Shown: positions 48,159 to 57,690 of the stretch, in pieces | How positions within the stretch are numbered: the first letter of the stretch is position 1 | Layout: each line of letters opens with the position of its first letter | Position numbers and translations under genes: made by a program | From: Candidatus Moraniibacteriota bacterium | GTDB taxonomy: Bacteria; Patescibacteriota; Minisyncoccia; Moranbacterales; UBA1568 | NCBI GenBank assembly: GCA_016699385.1 | Contig: CP064974.1 | Location: forward strand, 468,466-532,465 | Reading direction: 5' to 3' | Length of the DNA: 64,000 bases | The notes under the pieces: model-generated | The model's database searches: none | Told to the model about the DNA's origin: nothing | Seen by the model: only the letters and a program-made list of their open reading frames with translations

Positions 48159-48788
48159 CTATTTTGAATAATATTCAACAACTGCCTGCGGATCAACATG
48201 GATACCGATATCAGTCCGCGTCGGCACGCCTATCACTTTGCCAGACATTGTAGCCGCATCGAGCTCAAGCCACTGCGGCACATCTTTCTTGTTAATCATC
48301 TCACCTTTCTTTTTCTTGAAATATTCTTTTTCAGCCTTTGTGGAAGCAATGGAAATAGTGTCACCAACACGCACTTCCGCCGATGGAATCGACAGGAGTT
48401 TCCCATTAACCCGAAAGGCTCGGTGAGAAACAAGCTGACGAGCAAGTGCTCTCGATGAGGCAAATCCGAGACGATACACAGCGCTGTCGAGCCGCATTTC
48501 CAAACGAGCAAGCAAGAGATCGCCAGCAACACCCTTTCTGCGACTCACATCTTCATAGTGTTTGCGGAATTGTTTCTCCAAGACGCCATAAATTCGCTTG
48601 ATGCGCTGCTTCATGGCAAGCTGCTTGCCATATTCGCTCTGCCCTCTCGACACAGTCTTTCCATGAACACCCGGCGCATAAGCCTTCCGCACCATAGCGC
48701 ACTTCGGAGAAAAACACCGCTCTCCTTTCAGGAAGAGCTTCTCCCCTGCTCGTCGACACAGCTTGCATTTGTCCAAATTTCTCGCCAT
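48159..48788 (-). CDS. rpsD: 30S ribosomal protein S4
   Basis: MARNLDKCKLCRRAGEKLFLKGERCFSPKCA zinc-ribbon N-terminus; S4 domain. Confidence 0.9.
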   Translation of the reverse strand: MARNLDKCKLCRRAGEKLFLKGERCFSPKCAMVRKAYAPGVHGKTVSRGQSEYGKQLAMKQRIKRIYGVLEKQFRKHYEDVSRRKGVAGDLLLARLEMRLDSAVYRLGFASSRALARQLVSHRAFRVNGKLLSIPSAEVRVGDTISIASTKAEKEYFKKKKGEMINKKDVPQWLELDAATMSGKVIGVPTRTDIGIHVDPQAVVEYYSK

Positions 48789-48833
48789 AAAACCCGTGCT
48801 ACAAAATTCAATAGAGAATCCCTTTCTAAAAAA

Positions 48834-49304
48834 CTACACTCGACGCGGCTTCCGCGGACGACACCCTCCATGAGGAAGTGGAGTAATGTCACGAATAGAC
48901 AGCAATGTCAATCCATTGTTTGCCAATGCACGAACCGCAGCCTCTCGACCACTTCCAACACCACGAACAAACACCTCAACTTCCTGGAGTCCGAATTTCC
49001 GAGTCTTCTCAACCACTTCGCTCACTACCTGCGTCGCAGCATACGGCGTTGACTTCTTGGCGCCTTTGAAACCCATATGTCCAGAACTTGACCATGCAAG
49101 GGTTGCTCCGTTCATATCAGCGAGCGTCACAATCGTATTGTTGTAACTACACCGCACATTCGCGCGACCACGGGCAATCTGATTCTTCCATTTCTTTTTC
49201 TTCTTTGCTGCCGCTCCGTCAGAATCAGAAGGTGCCTCTTTCGATGCGACCACCTCCTCAATATCTTCGGTTGACTGCTTTACTTTGTCCTTTTCTCCAG
49301 TCAT
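48834..49304 (-). CDS. rpsK: 30S ribosomal protein S11 (Lys-rich N-terminal extension)
   Basis: CSYNNTIVTLADMNGATLAWSSSGHMGFKGAKKSTPYAAT. Confidence 0.9.
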   Translation of the reverse strand: MTGEKDKVKQSTEDIEEVVASKEAPSDSDGAAAKKKKKWKNQIARGRANVRCSYNNTIVTLADMNGATLAWSSSGHMGFKGAKKSTPYAATQVVSEVVEKTRKFGLQEVEVFVRGVGSGREAAVRALANNGLTLLSIRDITPLPHGGCRPRKPRRV

Positions 49305-49414
49305 AAAATATGTCTCGTAGAGGTAAACTTGTTTCCTACATTCCTCATCTATTTTTACTCATCAAATTCCGTGGAATTGGCAGATACTCTCAGACCACAA
49401 ACACACTCCTAACT

Positions 49415-49804
49415 CTATGTCTTTTCTGCCGCCTTACGACGTCCACTTCCCATAGTTTTTCGGACATTTCCGCGAATGGTTCGCGTATTTGTCTTGGTGC
49501 GCTGCCCACGAACGGGAAGACCTTTCTGATGGCGGATACCACGGTAACAAGAAATCTCCTTGAGTCGCTTTACATTCATTTTGACCGCATGTCGAAGTTC
49601 TCCTTCAACGCGATATTTCTTCTCAATGAAGTCTCGCAAACGGTTTGCATCTTCAATCGGAAGGTCTTTTGATCGAGTATCTGGATTGAGGGACAACTCC
49701 TGAAGGATCTTTCGACTCGTAATGAGTCCGATACCATAAACAGAGGTAAGCGCAATTTCAATGCGCTTTTGATCGGGAATGTTGATACCAGCTATGCGAA
49801 CCAT
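49415..49804 (-). CDS. rpsM: 30S ribosomal protein S13
   Basis: MVRIAGINIPDQKRIEIALTSVYGIGLITSRKIL. Confidence 0.9.
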   Translation of the reverse strand: MVRIAGINIPDQKRIEIALTSVYGIGLITSRKILQELSLNPDTRSKDLPIEDANRLRDFIEKKYRVEGELRHAVKMNVKRLKEISCYRGIRHQKGLPVRGQRTKTNTRTIRGNVRKTMGSGRRKAAEKT

Positions 49805-49841
49805 AGAATTCTCTCTTATCAGTAAAACGGGAAGTGAAAAA

Positions 49842-49955
49842 CTATCCCTGTCGTTGCTTATGTTTCTTCACGGCACAAATAACATAAAGATGCCCTCTTC
49901 GCTTTACCACCTTACAGTGTGCACATATTTTTTTGACTGATGCTCTCACTTTCAT
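49842..49955 (-). CDS. rpmJ: 50S ribosomal protein L36 (not in ORF track)
   Basis: Manual minus-strand translation gives [37 protein letters not shown] (37 aa, C-x2-C...C-x4-H zinc ribbon) in the canonical infA-rpmJ-rpsM slot. Confidence 0.85.
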   Translation of the reverse strand: MKVRASVKKICAHCKVVKRRGHLYVICAVKKHKQRQG

Positions 49956-50021
49956 ATCGATAGAGTAAAGAGGGAACCAATGCGGAAAATAACCAATTGA
50001 ACATTTTTCGATATCGTCTTT

Positions 50022-50249
50022 CTATTTGAGACGATGGACAATACGTCCACGGTTCAAATCATACGGGCTCATTTCGAGAGTCACACGGTCTCCCGGAAGC
50101 AAGCGAATATAATTGACTCGCATCCTCCCAGAAATATGCGCCAGTACCTCATGTCCATTCTCGAGTCGTACCCGAAACGAGGTACTCGGAAGCGACTCTA
50201 TCACCTCCCCTTCAACACGAATGATTTCTTTGTCTTTGTTCGAACCCAT
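50022..50249 (-). CDS. infA: translation initiation factor IF-1
   Basis: 75 aa; [64 protein letters not shown]. Confidence 0.9.
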   Translation of the reverse strand: MGSNKDKEIIRVEGEVIESLPSTSFRVRLENGHEVLAHISGRMRVNYIRLLPGDRVTLEMSPYDLNRGRIVHRLK

Positions 50250-50566
50250 ATACGCCCCATGGGCAATGCTGGAAATTAGAAATGCTTCTCTCTCTTCAAA
50301 TGTCTGTTCGGGAACTATACAGGAAACTGTTTAGAAACGCAAATAGGCGCAAAGAAACGGCAGGTATTTTCTGCCGCCGACGAACACACAAGCAAGGGAC
50401 CGGTCTACCGAGAAAGTCATTCCTCATGCTAGCGTTTCTTTCGCGCGTCGATCCGAACGTCTCCGTTCCGATTACAAACTTAGGTTTTTTGAGAGCACTG
50501 AGTATTCTAGCTAATGGTTGGAATTTTGTCAACAGCACCTTTCTCTCGACCACAATGAAAGAAAAT

Positions 50567-51505
50567 TCACCGCTCCCATCGGGCAGAAGAGCCGCATGGC
50601 AGGATAATATTTTCTCTCTGTGTCGCAAGTCCAAGCTCAAATGAAGAACAGTTACCACCATACTTCTTCCCCACTGTGAGCGCCAACATATTGTGTATCA
50701 CCTGCGGAGAAAGTCCGGTTGTATAGGAGTTGACCAAAACAAAGAGTGGCTGATCAGAGAGGATGTCTGTCGAACGATCAAGCAACGAAAAAAGTTGTTC
50801 CTCTACCTTCCATATTTCCCCTTTGGGCCCACGGCCAAATGAAGGTGGATCCATAATAATAGCGTCATACTTATTCCCGCGACGAGCCTCTCGCTCGACA
50901 AACTTGAGCGCATCATCGGGAATGAGACGAACGGACGCATGAGCAAGTCCGCTCAATTCAAGGTTTTCTTTCGCGCGCGTCGTCATACCCTTCGAGGCAT
51001 CCACGTGACAAACTTCCGCGCCGGCATATGCCGCCGCAACCGTCGCGCCGCCAGTATAGGCGAAGAGATTTAGAACACGAACTGGCTTCGACGCCGATTG
51101 AATTTTCTCAATCATCCAATCCCAATTCACTGCCTGCTCAGGAAAAAGACCTGTGTGCTTGAACCCCATGAGTTCGATACGAAAACGTAACGCTTTGTAT
51201 GAAATAGTCCACATCTTTGGCAAAGTCTCTGCAGATTCCCAAGCGCCACCTCCATCACTGCTTCGGCGATACTGTGCATCGGGCACATTCCACCGTTTAT
51301 CCTCCCCCTGCGGCCATATCGCCTGCGGATCCGGACGTCGCAAGACAAACTCCCCCCAACGTTCCAACTTCTCTCCTCCACTTGCATCACCACGCGGAGT
51401 ATTGCGAGCATGTCCGCCCACAACATGTGGAGCAGTGCCTCGATCGACAGATACCACGCCAGCATCAATCAATTCGTAGTCCGTCCAATCAGTAGCGATT
51501 CGCAT
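50567..51505 (-). CDS. class I SAM-dependent RNA methyltransferase (RlmI/YccW-like, COG1092)
   Basis: LNLFAYTGGATVAAAYAGA SAM motif and IIMDPPSFGRGPKGEIWK (DPPxF catalytic motif). Confidence 0.7.
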   Translation of the reverse strand: MRIATDWTDYELIDAGVVSVDRGTAPHVVGGHARNTPRGDASGGEKLERWGEFVLRRPDPQAIWPQGEDKRWNVPDAQYRRSSDGGGAWESAETLPKMWTISYKALRFRIELMGFKHTGLFPEQAVNWDWMIEKIQSASKPVRVLNLFAYTGGATVAAAYAGAEVCHVDASKGMTTRAKENLELSGLAHASVRLIPDDALKFVEREARRGNKYDAIIMDPPSFGRGPKGEIWKVEEQLFSLLDRSTDILSDQPLFVLVNSYTTGLSPQVIHNMLALTVGKKYGGNCSSFELGLATQRENIILPCGSSARWER

Positions 51506-51553
51506 AAGGTCAATCAGAAATATATATCGTCGTTCATCTACAAAAACATGAGT

Positions 51554-52978
51554 CTAGACATTCCTCCGTCGTCGCAAGAGCACGCGGAGTGTCTTGAGAC
51601 AAATGGAAATATCAAGCCACAATGACCAATTCTCGATATAGAAAATATCAAGCTTATACTCCCCTTCAAATGAAAGATCCGAACGACCCGAAACCTGAGC
51701 CATACCAGTAATGCCCGGCTTAATCGTAAGCAGACGTCGATGGTACTCCTTGTATTTTTCCACCTCTCTTGCCTGATGCGGTCGAGGCCCAACCAAACTC
51801 ATAGAGCCCAGGAAGGCATTGAAAAACTGCGGCAATTCATCGATTGAAAATCGCTCGATAAACGCGCCAACATTCGTTTTCCGAGGATCGTCTTTAATCT
51901 TATAGAGCACCTCATCACGCACATTTCGCTCGGCAATAAGTTGCTGTTCATAGGCAAGCGCCTGTTCAAAATTGGGATTCTCTTTCGTAATGCAATACTT
52001 CCATCGTATATAGCGAAACTTGTACACAAAAAACTCCTTTCCATCTTCACCGATTCGTTTGTTTTTATAAATAACCGGACCAGCTGAATCCTCAAGCTTG
52101 ATGAGCAAAGCAACTACAAGCATAAGTGGCGAGAACACCACAATAAGTATCGCCGAAGCAATAATATCAAACGCGCGCTTCAAAATCTTACCCCACCCGT
52201 CAAGTGGCGTATGCTCCGCCTCAATAAATGGCTCTCCTTCAAACATGCGTATAGAAAATCGCGATGTTTGAAGTGTCGTCGGAAGATATTTGTAAACAAT
52301 ATTATTCACCTGGCAATAATCAAGAAGCTTCGTCTGCTCCTCATCAGGAACAGACGGATCGCAAACAATAATTTCATCGACACCTCGTGTTTTCCGAATC
52401 TCTTTAATTTCGCGAATACTTGCCGAGCCAATCGTCGCAGAAAGCCGATACCCGAGCCAGGGCTTCTCTCTGAATATTTTTGAGAGACGAGCAAGGACGC
52501 CATTTCGTCCTACAAGCAAAATACGATGCACCCCAATACCTCGATGTATCAGGAGCCACTGTTGCGCCGAATGAATCAAGAATCGACCAATAACAACGAA
52601 GACAACCGAGAGTGTCCACGCAAGTAAGATAATAAACCGAGAAGAGAACCATTCGCGCTTCAAGAAGACCGCAATAATCAATACTACAAGCGCAAGCGAT
52701 GTCGCAGAGAAAACCTTGTAAGCTTCCTGCCAAAACTTCCGTGTTGTGCGAATATCATAGAGCCCTTCAAACGCATAGAGAAGCAAGAAAAACGGTGCAA
52801 CGAAAAGCGTAATCGTAAAATATTCATTGAAGGAAAATACTCCGCCAATGCGCCCCAGTTCAAAAAACATACGCGTCTCCGGGAGATCGCGAATCATAAA
52901 CGCCGCAAGCGCCGCACCGACTATCATGCAGTAGTCCATCGGCACGCGAATAGCGCTGAAAAAAAGTTCCGATCGTTT
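51554..52978 (-). CDS. undecaprenyl-phosphate sugar phosphotransferase (WbaP/bacterial sugar transferase family)
   Basis: N-terminal TM helices; C-terminal DELPQFFNAFLGSMSLVGPRP...TIKPGITGMAQVSGRSDLSFE. ORF-track start 53038 is a TTG overlapping the RNase P RNA; ATG at 52978 preferred. Confidence 0.8.
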   Translation of the reverse strand, partial: KRSELFFSAIRVPMDYCMIVGAALAAFMIRDLPETRMFFELGRIGGVFSFNEYFTITLFVAPFFLLLYAFEGLYDIRTTRKFWQEAYKVFSATSLALVVLIIAVFLKREWFSSRFIILLAWTLSVVFVVIGRFLIHSAQQWLLIHRGIGVHRILLVGRNGVLARLSKIFREKPWLGYRLSATIGSASIREIKEIRKTRGVDEIIVCDPSVPDEEQTKLLDYCQVNNIVYKYLPTTLQTSRFSIRMFEGEPFIEAEHTPLDGWGKILKRAFDIIASAILIVVFSPLMLVVALLIKLEDSAGPVIYKNKRIGEDGKEFFVYKFRYIRWKYCITKENPNFEQALAYEQQLIAERNVRDEVLYKIKDDPRKTNVGAFIERFSIDELPQFFNAFLGSMSLVGPRPHQAREVEKYKEYHRRLLTIKPGITGMAQVSGRSDLSFEGEYKLDIFYIENWSLWLDISICLKTLRVLLRRRRNV

Positions 52979-53039
52979 CATAGAAGATACTTCTAAATCT
53001 TGATCTTGCCTAAAGGTTTTCGGAAAGAGATATATCAAG

Positions 53040-53540
53040 ACGGGCGATAAGCCGGATTCTGTTCCTCATTTCCTCGAAAGAAAACAAGGTGCAACCATTT
53101 CTCTTGCTGTTGTGTTGCCACAACAATCATTTGCGGCACACCCTCTCTCACCGAAGCGAGACAGGGTACGGCCTTGCACACCGGTAAGGATTTAGCCGTT
53201 TCACTCCCACCCCCATTTCAAGAACGATTTGCAGAGAGCGCAAACAAAAAGTGAATTGATTTCACCTTTATTGCTATCAACAACACCAATCTTTCCAAAA
53301 ATAGGGGCAGGACTCCACTTCGAATATTACTACTCGAAATGCCTCAATTGGTTTCCCCATTGAGCGTCTCTGTTCGCACCTCTCCTGCATCGAAACACAG
53401 GCGACGGGTATTACCCGCTACCATCTTTTTCTTTCAAAAGCATACGCTCTCGAAAGAAAGCGTGTCCGGACTTTCCTCCCTCCCCGCGCCTCTTTCAGGA
53501 AAGATTTATGAATCAGCAAGCACGCAAACGAATCAGCTTC
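53040..53540 (-). ncRNA. rnpB: RNase P RNA (bacterial, divergent/expanded)
   Basis: The minus-strand RNA begins GAAGCUGAUUCG and carries both P4 strands in the correct order: GGAGGGAGGAAAGUCCGGACACG near the 5' end (plus 53461-53483) and ACAGAAUCCGGCUUAUCGCCCG near the 3' end (plus 53041-53062). GUGAAACGGC and GCAAGGCC conserved patches lie in between. P1 pairing is not obvious and P4-to-P4 spacing (~450 nt) is longer than in E. coli. Confidence 0.65.
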
Positions 53541-53746
53541 GCCTTTGTACTCGTAACTGTTTCGGGTTTCCTTAAAAAGGTGCGGGGTCGGGCGATTGCC
53601 TGCCCGCCTTGATATATTTCCTTGTTGTCAAAGATCGATTCCTGCTACGAAATACTACTACAAAACAAGAGAAATGTCAACGCATCCTCACAGAAAAATA
53701 GAGGCGAAACAGCTCATTTCAGGCATTTTTTGAATCACAAGAACGC

Positions 53747-56125
53747 TCATGAAAGACGGATTGTCCCTCCAAGACGAGATTCAATGCCTCGGGTGATTTC
53801 TAAGAAAACAGCATCAGCTTCTTCTCCGGTAAGTGCTCGATCTTCACGTCCGAGGCGTATATGAAAGGCGAGACTCCGTCCCTCATCAGGACTCACATAT
53901 CGATCAAAGACTTCAACACCCAGCACAAGACCCTGCCCCGAAGAAATCATGCAATCTTTCACCTCAGAAACAGTTGTACGCGGAGGAACGAAACAGGAAA
54001 GATCACGCAACGTCTCGGGGTATTTCCGAATTGGCGTAAAGATTGTATCTGTCGAAATTGCAGAAAGCAATTTCCGAGTGTCACATTCGAAAAGAGCGAC
54101 GCGTCCCGATATTCCCATCGCTTTCACGAGTAAGGGATGTGCTTCTCCTACCATGCCAATACACTCATTATGAAAAGTGACAATATCCGCCGTGCGCGCA
54201 GGATGCCACAAGGACAACTCAGTACCCTGGTGTGGACGAATCGAATACGACACGCGTAAGGCGCCCAAGAGACGCGCCACATCCGAAGTCAATGTCGAAA
54301 AAGAAACAGCCTCATCATGCTTCGATGAAATCCGGACCGCCCCGGACACGAATCGGGTTTCCAAAACAACTCCTTCGGAGAGCTTATACGCTTTCCCCAG
54401 CTCAAACATTCTGATGTTCTGAAAGCGTCGCCCATTAAATTGAATATTCTTGAGAAGCCCCGGAAGAAGACTCTGCCGAACAAGTGCCTGATCAGGATTC
54501 ATTGGATTTTCCAGAGAGAGATGTTCGTCGCGATTGAGATGCAATTGCTTCGCATCCGATTCGCTATAGAAAGAATAGTTGAGAGTTTCCGTAAATCCAT
54601 TTGCCGAGAGATGCGCTCGCACAGATGCTTCGTGAGAACGAATAGGGTCTTCGAGAGTAGATGCGAACAGAAAGTTTGGAGCCCCACTCTCTATGCGGTC
54701 ATAGCCGATGCCTTTTCCAATCTCTTCTGCGATATCCGCAACTGATTCGACGTCAATCCGATACAAAGGCGGGGTGACGGATATATTTTTCCCCGCAAGA
54801 GACACCCCAAAACCGCGAAGCTTGAGCAGTGTCATCATCTCTTTTGTTGAAATATCTGCGCCAAGAAGTGTCGTCACTTCGTGCGGAGAAAACTCGATTG
54901 ATTTCAATACTGCAAGGATTTTATGTTCATCGACAATAGAAGTCTCTTCACTTCCAGCAATATGCGCCACTACCTCCAAGAGTCGCACTAGAGCGCGTTC
55001 AGTCAAATCAGACGAAAGTCCCTTCTCAAATCGAGCTGACGCATCACTCTCGATACCAAGTTGCGTCCGTGTTCGCCGGATAGAAACGGGGTCAAAATGC
55101 GCCGCTTCAAAAAAGACATTTTTTGTCTCCACTGTCACACCCGAATCCGCCCCACCCATAATACCGCCAAGAGCAAGCGCTCGATCCTCATCTGCAATTA
55201 CAATATCTTCCGCGCCAAGCACATACGACTTCCCATCCAGAAGCGTCAGTGTTTCTCCAAACTTCGCAAAACGTGGACCTATTACTTTCTGTTCCGAGCC
55301 GGCAATTATGTCCCAATCAAATGCATGGAGCGGTTGTCCCAACTCAAGCATGATAAGATTGGTCGCATCGACAATGTTGTTGATGGAGCGCATTCCGAAA
55401 ACACTCAAGCGATCAACGAGCCACTTCGGCGAGGTACCGACAGTGACATCTCGAACAAGCGCCCCAATGTACCGAAGACTCTTCTCTCCAGCATCAAGCG
55501 AAATGGTAAAGGAATGTTTGTCGTTTGATTTCGGCAGGATGAGCCCGTCATAATCATAGTCGAAGACACGTCCTTCAAGTGCCGCAATCTCACGCGCAAG
55601 CCCCACATGCGACAAACAATCATGCCCCCGATCCGGCAAGATCTTTACATCAAGAACCGAGTCAGCCGAGGAAAGAAAGTCCGTAAGAGAAATGCCCACT
55701 TCAGCCCCTTCTGGCAATACAAGAATGCCATCATGATTCTCTCCAAGCTCAAGTTCTTTCTCAGAACAAATCATGCCATCTGAAGAAGCTCCTCGAATTT
55801 CCGTTTTCTTGATAGCGACATCTCCAGGAAGAATCGCACCAGGAAGTGCCACAGCTACCTTCTGACCCAACTCGAGATTTGGCGCACCGCAGACAATAGT
55901 CTTCTCGCCCATCCCGCCGATATCGACACGGGCAACACGCAAACGATCAGCATTTGGATGTCCCTCAACCGAAAGAACCTGCCCAACAAACACTTCCGGA
56001 ACCGCAAATCCGACAGGAATCACCTCTTCCACCTCAAACGCCCGCATCGTCAAAAATGCCGCGAGTTCCTCGGGAGTTTTCTCCGTACCAGAAAGTTCCT
56101 TGAGCCAACGATAGCTAAATTTCAT
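53747..56125 (-). CDS. pheT: phenylalanine--tRNA ligase beta subunit
   Basis: 792 aa; MKFSYRWLKEL N-terminus, tRNA-binding, B3/4, B5 and FDX-ACB domains in order. Confidence 0.9.
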   Translation of the reverse strand: MKFSYRWLKELSGTEKTPEELAAFLTMRAFEVEEVIPVGFAVPEVFVGQVLSVEGHPNADRLRVARVDIGGMGEKTIVCGAPNLELGQKVAVALPGAILPGDVAIKKTEIRGASSDGMICSEKELELGENHDGILVLPEGAEVGISLTDFLSSADSVLDVKILPDRGHDCLSHVGLAREIAALEGRVFDYDYDGLILPKSNDKHSFTISLDAGEKSLRYIGALVRDVTVGTSPKWLVDRLSVFGMRSINNIVDATNLIMLELGQPLHAFDWDIIAGSEQKVIGPRFAKFGETLTLLDGKSYVLGAEDIVIADEDRALALGGIMGGADSGVTVETKNVFFEAAHFDPVSIRRTRTQLGIESDASARFEKGLSSDLTERALVRLLEVVAHIAGSEETSIVDEHKILAVLKSIEFSPHEVTTLLGADISTKEMMTLLKLRGFGVSLAGKNISVTPPLYRIDVESVADIAEEIGKGIGYDRIESGAPNFLFASTLEDPIRSHEASVRAHLSANGFTETLNYSFYSESDAKQLHLNRDEHLSLENPMNPDQALVRQSLLPGLLKNIQFNGRRFQNIRMFELGKAYKLSEGVVLETRFVSGAVRISSKHDEAVSFSTLTSDVARLLGALRVSYSIRPHQGTELSLWHPARTADIVTFHNECIGMVGEAHPLLVKAMGISGRVALFECDTRKLLSAISTDTIFTPIRKYPETLRDLSCFVPPRTTVSEVKDCMISSGQGLVLGVEVFDRYVSPDEGRSLAFHIRLGREDRALTGEEADAVFLEITRGIESRLGGTIRLS

Positions 56126-56178
56126 AAATCAAGAACCTGTTGAAAAAATATCGTAACGAACCTTTCTATAAGCACTCT

Positions 56179-57249
56179 CTAAAACTGAGTAAGAAATCGC
56201 AAGTCGCCACTCTGAAAAAGACGGATGTCGGGAATTTTGTATTTCATCATAGCGAGGCGATTCGTTCCAAACCCCCAAGCAAATCCCTTCCATCGATCAC
56301 GCTCGTACCCAGCCGCCTCAAAAACATTTTGATGCACCATTCCCGCGCCACCTACCTCAAGCCAACCTGTCCCATGACACGACGAGCATCCCTTGCCATC
56401 GCAAACGGTACAGGCAATATCAAATTCGAAACCTGGCTCGACAAAAGGAAAATAGCTCGGACGAAGCCGGACATCGATATGCTTCCCAAAGAAGCGGCTG
56501 AAGAAGAGCTCCGCAATATACTTAAAATTTCCGACAGACACGTCAGCATCGACAAAAAGCGATTCGAACTGATAGAACGTGTGCTCATGCGACGCATCGG
56601 TCGCCTCCGAACGAAAAATCCGCCCCGGCACAATAATGCGAAAAGGCGGCGTATGCGTTTCCATATACCGCACCTGAACCGGCGACGTGTGCGTCCGCAA
56701 CAAGAGACGGCCGCTTTTGTTGTTGGTTGTTGGTTGTGTGTTGTTGGTAGCCTCTTGGCGGAGCCAGAAGGTGTCTTGCATGTCCCGCGCCGGATGATCC
56801 GCAGGCACATTGAGCGCATCGAAATTATAAAACTCCGTCTCCACCTCAGGACCATCAGCGATGTCGAAACCAAGCGAACGGAAAATATCGCAAATCTCCT
56901 GCTCGACCTGCGTCAAAATATGGATGTGTCCAATCGGAAGCACTTCCCCCGAATCCGTCACATCGATCCATTCTTTCTCCGCATCAAAACTCGCCGCCTC
57001 CAGTCGAACCCTCGCCATCTCGCTTGCTTCGGCAATCTCTTGCTTTGCCATATTGGCACGACTCCCCAGCTCGCGCCGTTCATCAGGCGAGAGCGTTGCA
57101 AGACTTTTCAAAAATTGTGTGAGTGCACTCTTGCGCCCCAAGAATTCTACTTGTTTCTCGCGAAACGCATCCAAATTCCCCACCCCCTCAAATGCAAGGA
57201 GTGCCGACCGCTTCAGCTCATCCAAAGTATCCATATTCATACCCCTCAT
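56179..57249 (-). CDS. pheS: phenylalanine--tRNA ligase alpha subunit
   Basis: Class II motifs (FPFVEPGFEFDIAC, GWLEVGGAGMVH, GFAWGFGTNRLAMM). Start uncertain, between 57234 and 57249 (MRGMNMDT). Contains low-complexity insert TNNTQPTTNNK. Confidence 0.9.
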   Translation of the reverse strand: MRGMNMDTLDELKRSALLAFEGVGNLDAFREKQVEFLGRKSALTQFLKSLATLSPDERRELGSRANMAKQEIAEASEMARVRLEAASFDAEKEWIDVTDSGEVLPIGHIHILTQVEQEICDIFRSLGFDIADGPEVETEFYNFDALNVPADHPARDMQDTFWLRQEATNNTQPTTNNKSGRLLLRTHTSPVQVRYMETHTPPFRIIVPGRIFRSEATDASHEHTFYQFESLFVDADVSVGNFKYIAELFFSRFFGKHIDVRLRPSYFPFVEPGFEFDIACTVCDGKGCSSCHGTGWLEVGGAGMVHQNVFEAAGYERDRWKGFAWGFGTNRLAMMKYKIPDIRLFQSGDLRFLTQF

Positions 57250-57276
57250 TGTAGCCACACCCTCCCCCGCTGTCAA
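57248..57276 (-). promoter_or_regulatory. sigma70-like promoter TTGACA-N17-TACAAT for pheST
   Basis: Minus strand: TTGACA (57276..57271), 17-nt G-rich spacer, TACAAT (57253..57248). Followed by GAGGGG and the ATG start candidates. Confidence 0.55.
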
Positions 57277-57305
57277 AAAAAGACCTCGCCACACCGGCAA
57301 GGTCA
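57275..57305 (-). terminator. rho-independent terminator of upstream small gene, fused to pheS promoter -35
   Basis: Minus strand: GACCTTGCC-GGTGT-GGCGAGGTC hairpin (9-bp stem, 1 mismatch, overlapping the stop codon at 57303-57305) followed by TTTTTTT. The T-tract runs directly into TTGACA. Confidence 0.55.
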
Positions 57306-57671
57306 AAGGTCAACCAAATACATTCGATTCTTTCGTTTCTTCCTTAAGTCAAGGTGATTTACCGCGGTCTTCCGATATACCAAAATCTCCAGCGTACTCG
57401 AATCATACCCGACAGGCACACTCAATCCCATTTCCTGAGCCTTCATGATAATGCCTGTCCATAGTGTTACCGTATTGACCGACGGCCAATCGTAGTCTGG
57501 ATTCGCCTGCAAAGCCTGCCCATTCGCTTCTGGCACGCCCCAGAGTTCCAAGACACCTTCACTCGTCACGTCGTACCAAAGCACGCTCGGATTGAACATG
57601 GCTTCAGCCGACTGAGCTGCGTTGGCAATCATAGTGAAAGCCAACAGAATGATAACATGGTATTTCTTCAT
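57303..57671 (-). CDS. small secreted hypothetical protein
   Basis: 122 aa; N-terminal signal peptide MKKYHVIILLAFTMIANAAQSAEA. Confidence 0.45.
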   Translation of the reverse strand: MKKYHVIILLAFTMIANAAQSAEAMFNPSVLWYDVTSEGVLELWGVPEANGQALQANPDYDWPSVNTVTLWTGIIMKAQEMGLSVPVGYDSSTLEILVYRKTAVNHLDLRKKRKNRMYLVDL

Positions 57672-57690
57672 CTCTTTTCACTCCGCTCTT

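Noticed and set aside
50296-50661. 121-aa minus-strand ORF between infA and the RlmI-like methyltransferase
   Set aside because: It overlaps the methyltransferase 3' end and has no recognizable family. A short real gene here is possible but unsupported.
53339-53864. Small plus-strand ORFs (53339..53575, 53622..53864) in the pheT/sugar-transferase intergenic region
   Set aside because: The region is better explained by an RNase P RNA on the minus strand plus a terminator.
56140-57357. 405-aa plus-strand ORF spanning pheS
   Set aside because: It is antisense to pheS, which has clear class II synthetase motifs; the translation is Arg/His-rich and low-complexity.
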